Below are positions 1 through 9,798 of a stretch of 64,000 nt of DNA, one piece after another; within the stretch, counting starts at the first letter, position 1, and the number at the start of each line of letters is the position of its first letter. The position numbers and the translations under genes were made by a program. The stretch is from Thermodesulfobacteriota bacterium (GTDB lineage: Bacteria; Desulfobacterota_D; UBA1144; Nemesobacterales; Mycalebacteriaceae): the NCBI GenBank assembly GCA_965205855.1, contig OZ242184.1, positions 1,312,001 through 1,376,000 of the forward strand, written 5' to 3'. Under the pieces are notes generated by a model, which did no database searches, was not told where the DNA came from, and saw nothing but the letters and a program-made list of their open reading frames with translations.

Positions 1-1365
1 GAGGGTTTGCTGTCTTCATCTTTCATTCCGGTTTTTACCGAACACCTGTCCGCAAAAGGCGAACGGAGCGCGCGCGAGATGCTTGGCGCGGCTCTGACCG
101 CGTTGCTTGTCATTCTCGGAGTGATAACCGTCGCGGGAATTGTGTTTGCCCCTCAAATCGTCCACATATTCGCGTCCGGATTCGGGGATGAGACTTTCGC
201 GCTCACGGTTTCACTGGTCCGGCTGATGTTCCCGTACATACTGTTTGTGTCATTTGCCGCGCTCTCAATGGGTGCACTGAACTCGGTCGGACACTTTTTC
301 GCGCCCGCGATCTCGCCTCTGCTTTTCAATCTATCTTTCATAGTCGGGATTGTATTTTTTCACGACAGGTGGGACGAGCCCGCGATAGCGGCGGCTCTGG
401 GAGTTCTCGCGGGCGGCGCGGTGCAAAGCGCGGTGAACATTCCGTTTTTGAAATCATGTGGCATCGCTCCCGTGTTCGGAAACTTTTTCAAACACTCCCC
501 TGTACTGAAAAAAATAGGTTTTCTCATGCTGCCCCAGATATTCGGAATGGCGGTCTATAACCTCAACATCATAGTCAACACCCAATACGCGTCCTATATG
601 GAGAGCGGAACGGTGTCGTATCTCTACTTCGCGGAGCGGCTGACCGAATTTCCGCTCGGTATCGGAGCGGTCGCCATAGCAACCGTTCTTCTGCCGCGGC
701 TGTCCTCTCTGGCGGCGGAAGGGAACATGAAGGGGTTTTGCGCAAACTACGAAAGCTCCCTGAAAATGACCTTGTTCATAACAATCCCAGCCGCCGCGGG
801 ACTTATTGCGCTCGGTTTTCCAATATGCTCGGCTCTTTTTGAGAGAGGGGAATTCACAAGCGTAGACGCGCTTTTTTCATCTCAGGCACTTGCCGGATAC
901 GCAGCCGGCCTGTGGGCGGTCGCGGGAATAAGAATCACCGCTCCGGCTTTTTTTGCGCTACAGGACACAAAAACCCCCGTCCGCGCCGCCTCGCTCGCGC
1001 TCGTGATTAACCTTGCGCTCGGCTATCTGCTCGGCTTTGAGCTGGGCCTCGCGCACACGGGGCTTGCGCTTGCCAGTTCGGTGTCCGCCGTGGTGAATTT
1101 TCTTATTCTCACCCGTCTTCTCAGGAAAAGGCTCGGAATAAATCCCGAACGCGGGTTTGCACTCTGGTGCGTTAAAGTATCGGCAATATCGGCATTTTCG
1201 GGAGTAGTAGCGAAAATTTCGTATGAGGCGTTAAACGGGTTTGCGCCGCAAGCCGCTGTTCTGGCAATCACCATTGCATTTGCAACGGCGGTTTTTATGG
1301 TTTCGGCAAGAGCGTTGAACATCGCCGAAGCCGGAAGGGTTATGGCAATGGTGCGGAGAAAATAG
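1..1365 (+). CDS. murJ: Lipid II flippase MurJ/MviN (5' end truncated by window edge)
   Basis: Frame open from base 1 (EG-LLSSSFIPVF), multi-TM, RLMFPYI and YLYFAERLTEFPLG motifs. Confidence 0.95.
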   Translation, partial: EGLLSSSFIPVFTEHLSAKGERSAREMLGAALTALLVILGVITVAGIVFAPQIVHIFASGFGDETFALTVSLVRLMFPYILFVSFAALSMGALNSVGHFFAPAISPLLFNLSFIVGIVFFHDRWDEPAIAAALGVLAGGAVQSAVNIPFLKSCGIAPVFGNFFKHSPVLKKIGFLMLPQIFGMAVYNLNIIVNTQYASYMESGTVSYLYFAERLTEFPLGIGAVAIATVLLPRLSSLAAEGNMKGFCANYESSLKMTLFITIPAAAGLIALGFPICSALFERGEFTSVDALFSSQALAGYAAGLWAVAGIRITAPAFFALQDTKTPVRAASLALVINLALGYLLGFELGLAHTGLALASSVSAVVNFLILTRLLRKRLGINPERGFALWCVKVSAISAFSGVVAKISYEALNGFAPQAAVLAITIAFATAVFMVSARALNIAEAGRVMAMVRRK

Positions 1366-1387
1366 ACGGAACAACTGTCCTTATGGG

Positions 1388-1396
1388 TGATAGACT
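1388..1396 (+). promoter_or_regulatory. Putative extended -10 element (TGaTAGACT) for the R-M locus
   Basis: TG-n-TAGACT, 9 nt upstream of TTG 1406. Confidence 0.4.
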
Positions 1397-1405
1397 AAAA
1401 GCCCA

Positions 1406-3496
1406 TTGGAGAATACTAAGGTAATGCCCTCGCAAGACATACTGCAAGAAATACTCAAAGACAGCAAATACAAATACAAACTTTCTCTTTTTTCACCGGA
1501 AGAAATTGCAGAGTTAAGAAGCAAGGTTGAAATCAAAAGGGCAAAGACAAAAGAAACTCCATACATAAAATGCGCGGTTCGTGGAAAAGACATTCAATTA
1601 AAACCCGAAGAAATTGTCCGTCAACTTTATACTTCACGGCTTATAAACGAATACGGTTATCCTCAAAACAGGCTCGCTTTTGAACACCTTGTCACTTTCG
1701 GCAGGGAAAAGAAAAAAGCCGATATTGTCATTTTTGACAAAGACCGCATTGATGCCCCTTACATCATTGTTGAACTGAAAAAACCAAAACTCAAAGACGG
1801 AAAAGACCAACTTCGCTCCTATTGCAATGCCACTGGCGCGCCGATTGGCGTTTGGACCAATGGCGAAAAAATATCTCATTACCACCGCAAAGATCCGAAT
1901 TATTTTGAAGACATCACCGATATTCCCAAAGCAAACCAAAGCCTCAAGGATATTCTAAGCGATCGGTTCACGCTAAAAGACCTCATTATCAAGGATAAAA
2001 TAGCCAATGAGCGAAAATCTTTAAAGGACATCATCTTAGAAATGGAGGATGAAGTTCTAGCCAATGCAGGAGTCGATGTCTTTGAAGAAGTTTTCAAACT
2101 TATTTTTACCAAACTCTATGATGAATTTTGCAGCAAAAAGGACAAGGCCAATATAGAGTTTTATCTTGAGCAGAATTTAAACAATGATGAAAGAGGGGAC
2201 TTTGACAGACTCAAGGAATCCCTTACTGATCTGAATGACAAGAATTTCCGTGTGATGGAGTTCAGAAACACCGGGCAAACCGATACTGAACTTAAAAACA
2301 AAATCCAGACGCTGTTTAATGAGGCGAAAAGCCAGTGGTCAGGCGTTTTCCCCGAAGGCTCAGCCTTTGAGTTATCCGATAGTCACTTGTCCGTCTGTAT
2401 CTCCAGCTTGCAGGATGTAAAGCTGTTCAACTCCAATCTGCTCGTGGTAGATGAAGCCTTTGAATATCTGGTCAGCAAATCCGCCAGAGGCGAAAAAGGT
2501 CAATATTTTACCCCGCGCCATGTGATTGATATGTGTGTGCAGATGCTCAACCCCAAACGGGGCGAGACCATGATCGACACCGCCTCCGGTAGTTGTGGTT
2601 TTCCCGTTCATACAATTTTCAAACTAACGGGTCATCTCTTTACCAATGCAGAAATTCCCGAAGTGGATAAACAGCATATCCTCAAGGTTTTTGGTATCGA
2701 CTTCGATGAAAAAACAGTGCGGGTTGCCCGAACCCTCAACCTGATTGCTGGCGATGGCGAAACCAATGTTTTACACCTCAATACGCTGGACTATGAACGC
2801 TGGAGCGACAAAACCGAGAAAGACCCGAAATGGATTACCACCTACGGCAAGGGCTTTGAGCGGTTAAAGGCACTCAGGGCAGAGAAAGACAGTGATAAAC
2901 GCTTCAATTTTGATGTGCTGATGGCCAACCCACCCTTTGCAGGCGACATCAAGGAAAGCCGCTTGCTCCACCAGTACGAGTTTGGCTTCAAGGCCGATGG
3001 CAAGAAGGCTCAAAGCAAAGTCAAGCGGGATATTCTATTTATCGAGCGCAACCTTGATTTTCTAAAACCCGGTGGTCGCATGGCGATCGTGTTACCGCAA
3101 GGTCGCTTCAACAACACTTCGGACAAACATATCCGTGATTTCATCTCTGAGCATGGCCGTATCCTGGCTGTGGTTGGTTTGCATGGCAATACCTTCAAAC
3201 CCCACACAGGCACCAAAACCAGCGTGTTATTCGTGCAAAAATGGCATGATGAACTTTGCCCAAAAGTTGAAGATTATCCGATCTTCTTTGCTGTATCTGA
3301 AATGGGCGGAAAGAATAACTCAGGCGATTATATCTATGTTGAAAATGGCAACGGGAAATACAAGCTGGATAACAACGGTCACCTGATCGTTGACCATGAT
3401 CTACATAACCATGATGGAATGCTGCAAAATGGCATTGCCGAAGCCTTTATTGATTGGGGAAAAACGGAAAATTTCTCCTTCTGGCAGGAGGGGTAA
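1406..3496 (+). CDS. Fused restriction endonuclease (HsdR N-terminal-like PD-(D/E)XK) / N6-adenine DNA methyltransferase
   Basis: N-terminal ADIVIF...IIVELK...QLRSY nuclease motifs; GQYFTPR, motif I DTASGSCGF, motif IV NPPF; start may be ATG 1424. Confidence 0.9.
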   Translation: MENTKVMPSQDILQEILKDSKYKYKLSLFSPEEIAELRSKVEIKRAKTKETPYIKCAVRGKDIQLKPEEIVRQLYTSRLINEYGYPQNRLAFEHLVTFGREKKKADIVIFDKDRIDAPYIIVELKKPKLKDGKDQLRSYCNATGAPIGVWTNGEKISHYHRKDPNYFEDITDIPKANQSLKDILSDRFTLKDLIIKDKIANERKSLKDIILEMEDEVLANAGVDVFEEVFKLIFTKLYDEFCSKKDKANIEFYLEQNLNNDERGDFDRLKESLTDLNDKNFRVMEFRNTGQTDTELKNKIQTLFNEAKSQWSGVFPEGSAFELSDSHLSVCISSLQDVKLFNSNLLVVDEAFEYLVSKSARGEKGQYFTPRHVIDMCVQMLNPKRGETMIDTASGSCGFPVHTIFKLTGHLFTNAEIPEVDKQHILKVFGIDFDEKTVRVARTLNLIAGDGETNVLHLNTLDYERWSDKTEKDPKWITTYGKGFERLKALRAEKDSDKRFNFDVLMANPPFAGDIKESRLLHQYEFGFKADGKKAQSKVKRDILFIERNLDFLKPGGRMAIVLPQGRFNNTSDKHIRDFISEHGRILAVVGLHGNTFKPHTGTKTSVLFVQKWHDELCPKVEDYPIFFAVSEMGGKNNSGDYIYVENGNGKYKLDNNGHLIVDHDLHNHDGMLQNGIAEAFIDWGKTENFSFWQEG

Positions 3497-3499
3497 AGG

Positions 3500-4966
3500 G
3501 TGCAGGTAAGCATATTAAAATTCTCCGACACTACACAAAATGATGGCACTTTTCGATTAGATGCTGAACACTATCGAAAACAATATTTAGATAATCAAGA
3601 TAAGCTTTTGAATTTTGGCTCTCAACCACTACTTGAAATAATCTCACAACCTGTAATGACTGGTCACACTCCGTCGATGAAAGTCGAATCATATTATGGA
3701 GGTAGTGTAGGTTTTGTTAAAACAGATAATCTTAGAGGATTTAGAATTTCAGGGCAGTTTTCCCATTATTTAAGCAGTCATGGGAACGAAGTGATAAAGA
3801 GAAGTTCTCTCCGAGAGGGAGATTTGATTGTTACCATAATAGGAGCAACACAAAAAATAGTTGGTCGAGCGGCGTTAATTCGTAAACAAGATTTACCTTT
3901 AAATATAAATCAAAATATTGCTCTTATAAGACTTAAATCTGTTTCACCATATTTTTTATCCATCTATCTTAACTCAAAGATAGGCAGATTAGCTTTATGG
4001 TTTCTTTCACGGCAAACCGAGCAAGTAAATCTTAACTGCCGTGAAATTGAAAAGACTCTAGTTCCAAAATTTTCTAAATTATTTATTGAGATAATTGAAA
4101 ATTCCTATAGGCGCGCGGTTTTAAAAGAAACCGACTCCAGCATATTATATGAGGAAGCTCAAAATTTCCTACTTACCGAGCTAGGACTAAACGACTGGAA
4201 TCCCAAACACCAGCTTACCTTTATCAAAAATTATTCTGATACCACACAAGCCGAACGTATCGACGCAGAATACTATCAGCCGAAATACGATGAGATTATC
4301 AGTGCCATCAAAAATTATTCAGGTGGCTGGGAAAGTTTGGAAAAATTGGTTGAGATAAAAAAATGTATTGAAGTTGGAAGCGGTGAATATCTCGCTGAAG
4401 GCATCCCCTTTATCAGAGTCAGCAACATTAGCCCTTTTGAAATATCTGAGGAAAAATATATCTCGGAACAACTCTACACAAAACTAACACCAAACGAACA
4501 GAATGTACCTTTTATAAAATCAAAGAACCATCAACCACAACAGGGAGAGATATTATTTAGTAAGGATGGCTCCCCAGGAATTGCCTACCACCTAAAAGAT
4601 AGTCCTCAGAAAATGATCGTTTCTGGAGGCATACTGCGCCTCAAGAGCAAAACAGACAAAGTAAGCAATGAATATCTCACCTTGGTATTAAATTCTGTTT
4701 TGACACAAGAACAGGTGAAACGCGATATAGGCGGCTCTATCATATTGCATTGGCGACCCGATCAAGTGAAAGAAACAATCATTCCTATTTTATCTGATGC
4801 TAAACAGCAAGAAATCCAACAAAAAATCACCGAGTCTTTTAACCTGCGAAAACAATCTAAACACCTGCTGGAATGTGCAAAAAAAGCAGTAGAAATAGCA
4901 ATAGAGCAAGACGAACAGACCGCTATAAAGTGGCTTGAGAAAGAAACAGCCAAGCAACCAACCTAA
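3500..4966 (+). CDS. R-M specificity (S) subunit, HsdS-like, two TRDs
   Basis: Internal repeat RLDAEHY / RIDAEYYQPKY, NINQNIALIR, terminal helical spacer; 3 nt after the MTase stop. Confidence 0.85.
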   Translation: MQVSILKFSDTTQNDGTFRLDAEHYRKQYLDNQDKLLNFGSQPLLEIISQPVMTGHTPSMKVESYYGGSVGFVKTDNLRGFRISGQFSHYLSSHGNEVIKRSSLREGDLIVTIIGATQKIVGRAALIRKQDLPLNINQNIALIRLKSVSPYFLSIYLNSKIGRLALWFLSRQTEQVNLNCREIEKTLVPKFSKLFIEIIENSYRRAVLKETDSSILYEEAQNFLLTELGLNDWNPKHQLTFIKNYSDTTQAERIDAEYYQPKYDEIISAIKNYSGGWESLEKLVEIKKCIEVGSGEYLAEGIPFIRVSNISPFEISEEKYISEQLYTKLTPNEQNVPFIKSKNHQPQQGEILFSKDGSPGIAYHLKDSPQKMIVSGGILRLKSKTDKVSNEYLTLVLNSVLTQEQVKRDIGGSIILHWRPDQVKETIIPILSDAKQQEIQQKITESFNLRKQSKHLLECAKKAVEIAIEQDEQTAIKWLEKETAKQPT

Positions 4967-4969
4967 CCC

Positions 4970-5353
4970 TCACCCCGTCTTCCTCATCTCAAACCTGCCC
5001 CCGCGTCCGAAGGTATTAACAAAATACCCGCGAATGTGGGTTTCACTTTCAATAACGCCGAAAAACAGGGCTATTAAGTCGCCCGCAGCGGTTTCCCTTC
5101 TGATTGTGAGCAGATTTTTCGAGTCTTGCGGAGCATTTTCGGGAATGGAAACAACTTCCCCGGCAATCTTTGACAAACTTTTTTGAGGATCCGGATTCTC
5201 CTCTCCGGTTGCCGGGTCTATGAGGTAATACGACTCTCCGAAAACGCTCCTTCCGCTCTGTTCAAGGATGAGTTGATGGAGTCCCCTTTTCTTCTTTCCG
5301 TCTTTGCCAACAGGAAAACCTTCCAGTTCCCATTTGCCGCCGATGTTCTCCAT
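4970..5353 (-). CDS. Hypothetical protein (beta-strand rich)
   Basis: 127-aa ORF with AGGA SD, downstream of 5380-5814 on the same strand. Confidence 0.65.
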   Translation of the reverse strand: MENIGGKWELEGFPVGKDGKKKRGLHQLILEQSGRSVFGESYYLIDPATGEENPDPQKSLSKIAGEVVSIPENAPQDSKNLLTIRRETAAGDLIALFFGVIESETHIRGYFVNTFGRGGRFEMRKTG

Positions 5354-5379
5354 TGTCCTTTCCGGCGGAAAGCGAAAAA

Positions 5380-5814
5380 CTACTCCTTGTTCTCTTTTTC
5401 CACTTTCGGCTCCTTTTTTGCCTCTTCTTCCTTCACTTCTTCAGTGGGAGCAGATTCTTCGGTTTTCTTTTCTACGGAAGTTTCAGACGTTTCCTGCTTT
5501 GTTTCTTCCGCTTCGAGTTTTTCTTCAGCAGGAACTTCCGCTTTCGTCTCAGCGGGCTTCTCTGCCGCGCTCTCCTTTTTCACTTCCTCTTTGGGCGCTC
5601 CCGCTCCGTCCGCTTCTTTTGCGGGGACCTTTGCGGACGGCACCTCTTTTACGGGTTCGGGCGGAATCGGCACATTGAGCAACCCTTCCTCAACAAGAAC
5701 TTTTATCTTGTTGCGTCCGTTAACCGCTCTTTTGCGCTTCGTGGTTCTGACGGCGTACCTGCCGTCCGCGCGCTCGTAGATGATGTGGTCGGATGTTCTC
5801 TTTACGATTTTCAT
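5380..5814 (-). CDS. Hypothetical protein: small basic N-terminal domain plus E/K/A-rich disordered tail
   Basis: AAGGAGAAAGG SD upstream; low-complexity C-terminus. Confidence 0.8.
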   Translation of the reverse strand: MKIVKRTSDHIIYERADGRYAVRTTKRKRAVNGRNKIKVLVEEGLLNVPIPPEPVKEVPSAKVPAKEADGAGAPKEEVKKESAAEKPAETKAEVPAEEKLEAEETKQETSETSVEKKTEESAPTEEVKEEEAKKEPKVEKENKE

Positions 5815-6004
5815 GGTGTTTACCTTTCTCCTTTTGATACTCGGTTGGATTTGCCCAACGCCTCCGCCGGGAGCAGGGGCTTACTGTACAGCATTCGCGA
5901 AACTATGCAAACGGGTTTTGCCTTGAAATCGGTTTACCAATAAAGCAGAATTGAGGGAAAGAACTTCCGCCGGATTCCCTTTTCCTGAGACGGTCGCTAA
6001 ATCA

Positions 6005-6460
6005 ATGAACATACTCGTAATCCATGGGCCAAATCTCGGTCTTCTCGGCAAACGACAGCCGGACATATACGGAAGTGAAACGCTTGACGATATAAACGCG
6101 AACCTCTCCGCGCTAATGCGGAAAAAAGATCCCGAAGGCAAAATTGAGTTCTTTCAAAGCGACTCGGAAGGGGAAATTGTGAGCGCAATACAAAACACAC
6201 TGGACAAGTTTGACGGAATCGTAATAAACCCCGCCGCATACACGCACACAAGCGTTGCCGTGCGGGACGCGATACTTTCGGTCGGTGTTCCTACGGTTGA
6301 AGTTCATATCTCAAACATCCACAAAAGAGAAGAGTTCCGGCACAACTCCTTTGTTTCGCCCGTGGCAACGGGAGTGGTGGCGGGATTTGGAGCCGCAAGT
6401 TACCTTCTGGGACTGCGCGGCCTTCTTGAACATCTTGCGGGCAACAAGAACAATGGATAA
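6005..6460 (+). CDS. aroQ: Type II 3-dehydroquinate dehydratase
   Basis: [40 protein letters not shown]; start moved to ATG 6005. Confidence 0.97.
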   Translation: MNILVIHGPNLGLLGKRQPDIYGSETLDDINANLSALMRKKDPEGKIEFFQSDSEGEIVSAIQNTLDKFDGIVINPAAYTHTSVAVRDAILSVGVPTVEVHISNIHKREEFRHNSFVSPVATGVVAGFGAASYLLGLRGLLEHLAGNKNNG

Positions 6461-6680
6461 AGGCAAAACCGCATATTCGGAATACAAAGTCATCCAGATA
6501 TCCGAAGGTTTGTTCGGAACAATTTTTCTCGGTTCTTCGAGACTGCCCGTAAAAAAAATGGAAGAGGAAATGAACAAATACGCCGCTACGGGCTGGCAAG
6601 TGGTGTTTCAGATTATTGAACAAAAACGCCTTCTGCTGTTATGGTCGCGCGAAACGGTAATTATAACCCTCGGGCGATAA
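6453..6680 (+). CDS. DUF4177-like small protein
   Basis: EYKV...[12 protein letters not shown] pattern; ATG 6453 overlaps the end of aroQ. Confidence 0.7.
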   Translation: MDKGKTAYSEYKVIQISEGLFGTIFLGSSRLPVKKMEEEMNKYAATGWQVVFQIIEQKRLLLLWSRETVIITLGR

Positions 6681-6695
6681 CATAAAGGACTTCAA

Positions 6696-8462
6696 ATGAA
6701 AAAAAACTGGCTTATAAAAGAGCAAACCCCAGAACTAAGCGCGGAACTCGCGCACAAGACGGGGGTGTCTCCGCTTGTGGGGCAACTGCTTGTCAACAGG
6801 GGAATAAAAACCGGCGAACGCGCCTTGAGGTTTTTTGAAAACAGCATCAGAGACCTTCCAAGCCCGTTGCTTATGTCGGGAATGGAAGACGCGGTCTCAA
6901 GGATAGTGAAGGCCGTTTACGAAGGCGAAACGGTGGCAGTCTACGGGGACTATGACGCGGACGGCGTAACCTCCACATCGCTTCTGTGCGGATTCTTCAG
7001 ATCTCTTGAAATGGATGCAATCTACTTTGTTCCGCACAGGGTGAAAGACGGATACGGGATAAATGAACGCGCCGTTAGGGAACTAAGCGAGCGCGGCGCG
7101 ACTCTTATAGTCTCAACCGATTGCGGCATAACGGCGGTCAGCGAGATAGAAACCGCAAAGGGGCTCGGAATAGATTTCATCATCACAGACCATCACCTGC
7201 CGGAAGAAAAGATTCCAGATGCAGTGGCGGTGGTGAATCCCAAACTGCCGGGTTGCAAATACCCCGAAGATGAAAAAGAACTCGCGGGCGTGGGAGTCGC
7301 CTTCAATCTCGCGCTGGCGGTGAGGGCAAACTTGAGAGAAAAAGGTTTTTTTGACAGCCGCGAGGAGCCGAACATGGCGCAGTATCTGGATCTGGTCGCA
7401 ATCGGCACGGTCGTGGACAGGGTGCCTCTCGCGGGCGCCAACAGAATCATGGTCAGAGAGGGCATAAGGAAAATGAGGCTCTCCCAGAGACCCGGCATAG
7501 AGGCTCTCAAGGAAGTTAGCAGAATAAACGGCGGACTCAACTCCGATGACATAGCGTTCAGGATAGGGCCCCGCATAAACGCTGCGGGCAGAATCGGGGG
7601 ACCGGAAACCGCCGTTGAGCTTCTGTTGTCCGAGAACTCGGAGGAAGCGCGCAAAACCGCAAGACAACTTGACAAAATGAACAGAAACCGCCAGCAGCTT
7701 GAGCGCAACGCCGTTGAAGAAGCCGCTTCAATGTTGAAACAAGTGCCCGACGATGAGCAACCGGCCTGCATAGTTCTTGCGTCCGAGCGGTGGCATCCGG
7801 GAATAATAGGACCCCTCGCCTCACGGCTTGTGGAAAGACACTCCAAGCCCGCGTTTGCCATATCAGTCGGGGAAGACGGAATCGGAAAAGGCTCGGGAAG
7901 AACCGTTCCGTGGGTCAACCTTCACAAGGCACTGGAACACTGCGCGGACTCGCTTGAGCGGTACGGAGGACACGCGATGGCGGCGGGCATCACCGTGGCG
8001 GAATGCAACATAGACAAATTCCGCGAGTCTCTTAACGCTCATCTCAAAGCAACCGGTGCCGGGCGCGAAAACTCGGTGCGGGAAAACTCCTGCGTTATAG
8101 ATGCGAAAATTGAGATTGAGAATGTAACGGCCAAAACGGCGGAACAAATGGAATCTCTTGAACCGTTCGGAAGCGGGAACCCGAAGCCGGTTCTGCTGCT
8201 TGAAGGCGCGAAAATAGTTTCGCACAACATCATAAAAAATTCTCACCTCAAACTTTTTGTGGACAGAGGCGCGGGAGAAAAACCTCTTGAGGCGATGTGG
8301 TGGAATGCGGCGGAGAGAGAGAGAGAAATTGCCGCCGGAGGAAAGGCGGACATAGTTTTTACAATGGGAATGGAAAATTGGGGCAACCGGCGGAGCCTTT
8401 CGCTGAAGATAGTTGACATAAGTCGTGGGCGGACGAGAAACGGAGGCGGCGTTGGGAGCTAA
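6696..8462 (+). CDS. recJ: ssDNA exonuclease RecJ
   Basis: YGDYDADG, TDCG, TDHH, PRINAAGR, GGHAMAAG. Confidence 0.97.
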   Translation: MKKNWLIKEQTPELSAELAHKTGVSPLVGQLLVNRGIKTGERALRFFENSIRDLPSPLLMSGMEDAVSRIVKAVYEGETVAVYGDYDADGVTSTSLLCGFFRSLEMDAIYFVPHRVKDGYGINERAVRELSERGATLIVSTDCGITAVSEIETAKGLGIDFIITDHHLPEEKIPDAVAVVNPKLPGCKYPEDEKELAGVGVAFNLALAVRANLREKGFFDSREEPNMAQYLDLVAIGTVVDRVPLAGANRIMVREGIRKMRLSQRPGIEALKEVSRINGGLNSDDIAFRIGPRINAAGRIGGPETAVELLLSENSEEARKTARQLDKMNRNRQQLERNAVEEAASMLKQVPDDEQPACIVLASERWHPGIIGPLASRLVERHSKPAFAISVGEDGIGKGSGRTVPWVNLHKALEHCADSLERYGGHAMAAGITVAECNIDKFRESLNAHLKATGAGRENSVRENSCVIDAKIEIENVTAKTAEQMESLEPFGSGNPKPVLLLEGAKIVSHNIIKNSHLKLFVDRGAGEKPLEAMWWNAAEREREIAAGGKADIVFTMGMENWGNRRSLSLKIVDISRGRTRNGGGVGS

Positions 8463-9798
8463 CGGAATCAAAAAAATTACAATAATTGGAGCCGGACAAG
8501 TGGGAACCCTTCTTGCCGAAGACCTGTGCCATCAGAAACACGACATAGTGCTGGTTGATAAAAGTAAAAACGAGATCAATATCATAAAAGACCAACTCGA
8601 CATAATGTGTATTGAGGGAGACGCGAGCCATCCCGATGTAATTGAAGAGGCTGGGATGTGCGATTCTGACATTGTTCTCGCGGTTTCGGGAGACGACAAA
8701 ACAAACATCCTGTGCGCCCTGACAGCAAACTTGCGGGGAGTCAAAACCACAATCGCAAAGGTGAGAAACCCCGTATACGCGGGATATGTGAATATGCTGA
8801 AACAGGAAGGCATCGCCGTGGTCAATCCGGGTGAAATCATATCAACAAACATAAAGAAAATCGTAACCGAATCGCACTTTGCCTGGAGCAGCAGAAAAAT
8901 AGCGGACGGCAAGATAGACCTGTTCAAACTCAAGATCAACGAGAAAGCGCCGGTTCTGGAAAATTCGTTAAAAAACCTTGACATCTCCCCGTGGATACTT
9001 GTGGGGGTGGCAAGAGAAGGAAATATGGTCATTCCTTCCGGAGACACGGTTCTTATGCCCGGAGACAATGTCTACGCGCTTGGAGACGCCTCCGCTTTTG
9101 ACAATCTGAAAGCCGCGCTCGGAATTACGGAAGACAAAAAATTGAAAAACATAATCATAGTCGGAGCAGGACTGCTCGGCTCTCTTACCGCCTCACTGCT
9201 TCACCAGAGCGGGACCACGGTCAAAGTGATAGAAAGCGACCCCGACGCGGCGGCGGAACTTGCCGACAATGTTCCGGGAATCATTGTGCTGCGCGGAGAC
9301 GGAACGGACGCCCAGATACAGAAAGAAGCGGGCATTGAAGTGGCGGACTATTTTTTCGCCCTCACGGGCGACGACGGGGAAAACATTCTCAGCTCGCTTC
9401 TCGCGCGGCGGCTCGGAGCCAAAAAAAATATGGTTCTCTACACAAAGCCCGACTATATGGATGTGCTTGAAACCACGGGCATAGATGCCGGCATAAGCGT
9501 CCGGCTGTCGGTGGTGAATGAAATCCTGGCAATGCTTGACATCGGAAAAACGGTCAAAACAACGCTTCTTGAGGAAGGGCGCGGAGAAATAATGGAATTT
9601 GTCGTGGGGGAGGACTCGAACATACGCGGAACCTCGCTTCAAAACGCGGGTCTGCCGGAAGGGTGCATTGTCGGCGCATGCATAAGGGGAGACAAAACAA
9701 TAATACCCAGAGGGAATTTCACTCCACAGATAAATGACAGGGTAATAATTTTCACCCTGCCCGAGTCGATACACAAAGTTGAGAAGGCGATATCGTAA
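8452..9798 (+). CDS. trkA: Trk potassium uptake regulatory subunit TrkA
   Basis: Two GxGxxG RCK_N/RCK_C repeats; GGAGG at 8442-8446 supports TTG 8452 start. Confidence 0.93.
   Translation: MGANGIKKITIIGAGQVGTLLAEDLCHQKHDIVLVDKSKNEINIIKDQLDIMCIEGDASHPDVIEEAGMCDSDIVLAVSGDDKTNILCALTANLRGVKTTIAKVRNPVYAGYVNMLKQEGIAVVNPGEIISTNIKKIVTESHFAWSSRKIADGKIDLFKLKINEKAPVLENSLKNLDISPWILVGVAREGNMVIPSGDTVLMPGDNVYALGDASAFDNLKAALGITEDKKLKNIIIVGAGLLGSLTASLLHQSGTTVKVIESDPDAAAELADNVPGIIVLRGDGTDAQIQKEAGIEVADYFFALTGDDGENILSSLLARRLGAKKNMVLYTKPDYMDVLETTGIDAGISVRLSVVNEILAMLDIGKTVKTTLLEEGRGEIMEFVVGEDSNIRGTSLQNAGLPEGCIVGACIRGDKTIIPRGNFTPQINDRVIIFTLPESIHKVEKAIS

Noticed and set aside
5183-5943. Three overlapping plus-strand ORFs
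   Set aside because: Antisense to the low-complexity E/K-rich gene, which has the SD and promoter
7113-8471. Long minus-strand ORFs within recJ (likewise within oadA, argS and pepA)
   Set aside because: Shadow frames of well-supported genes
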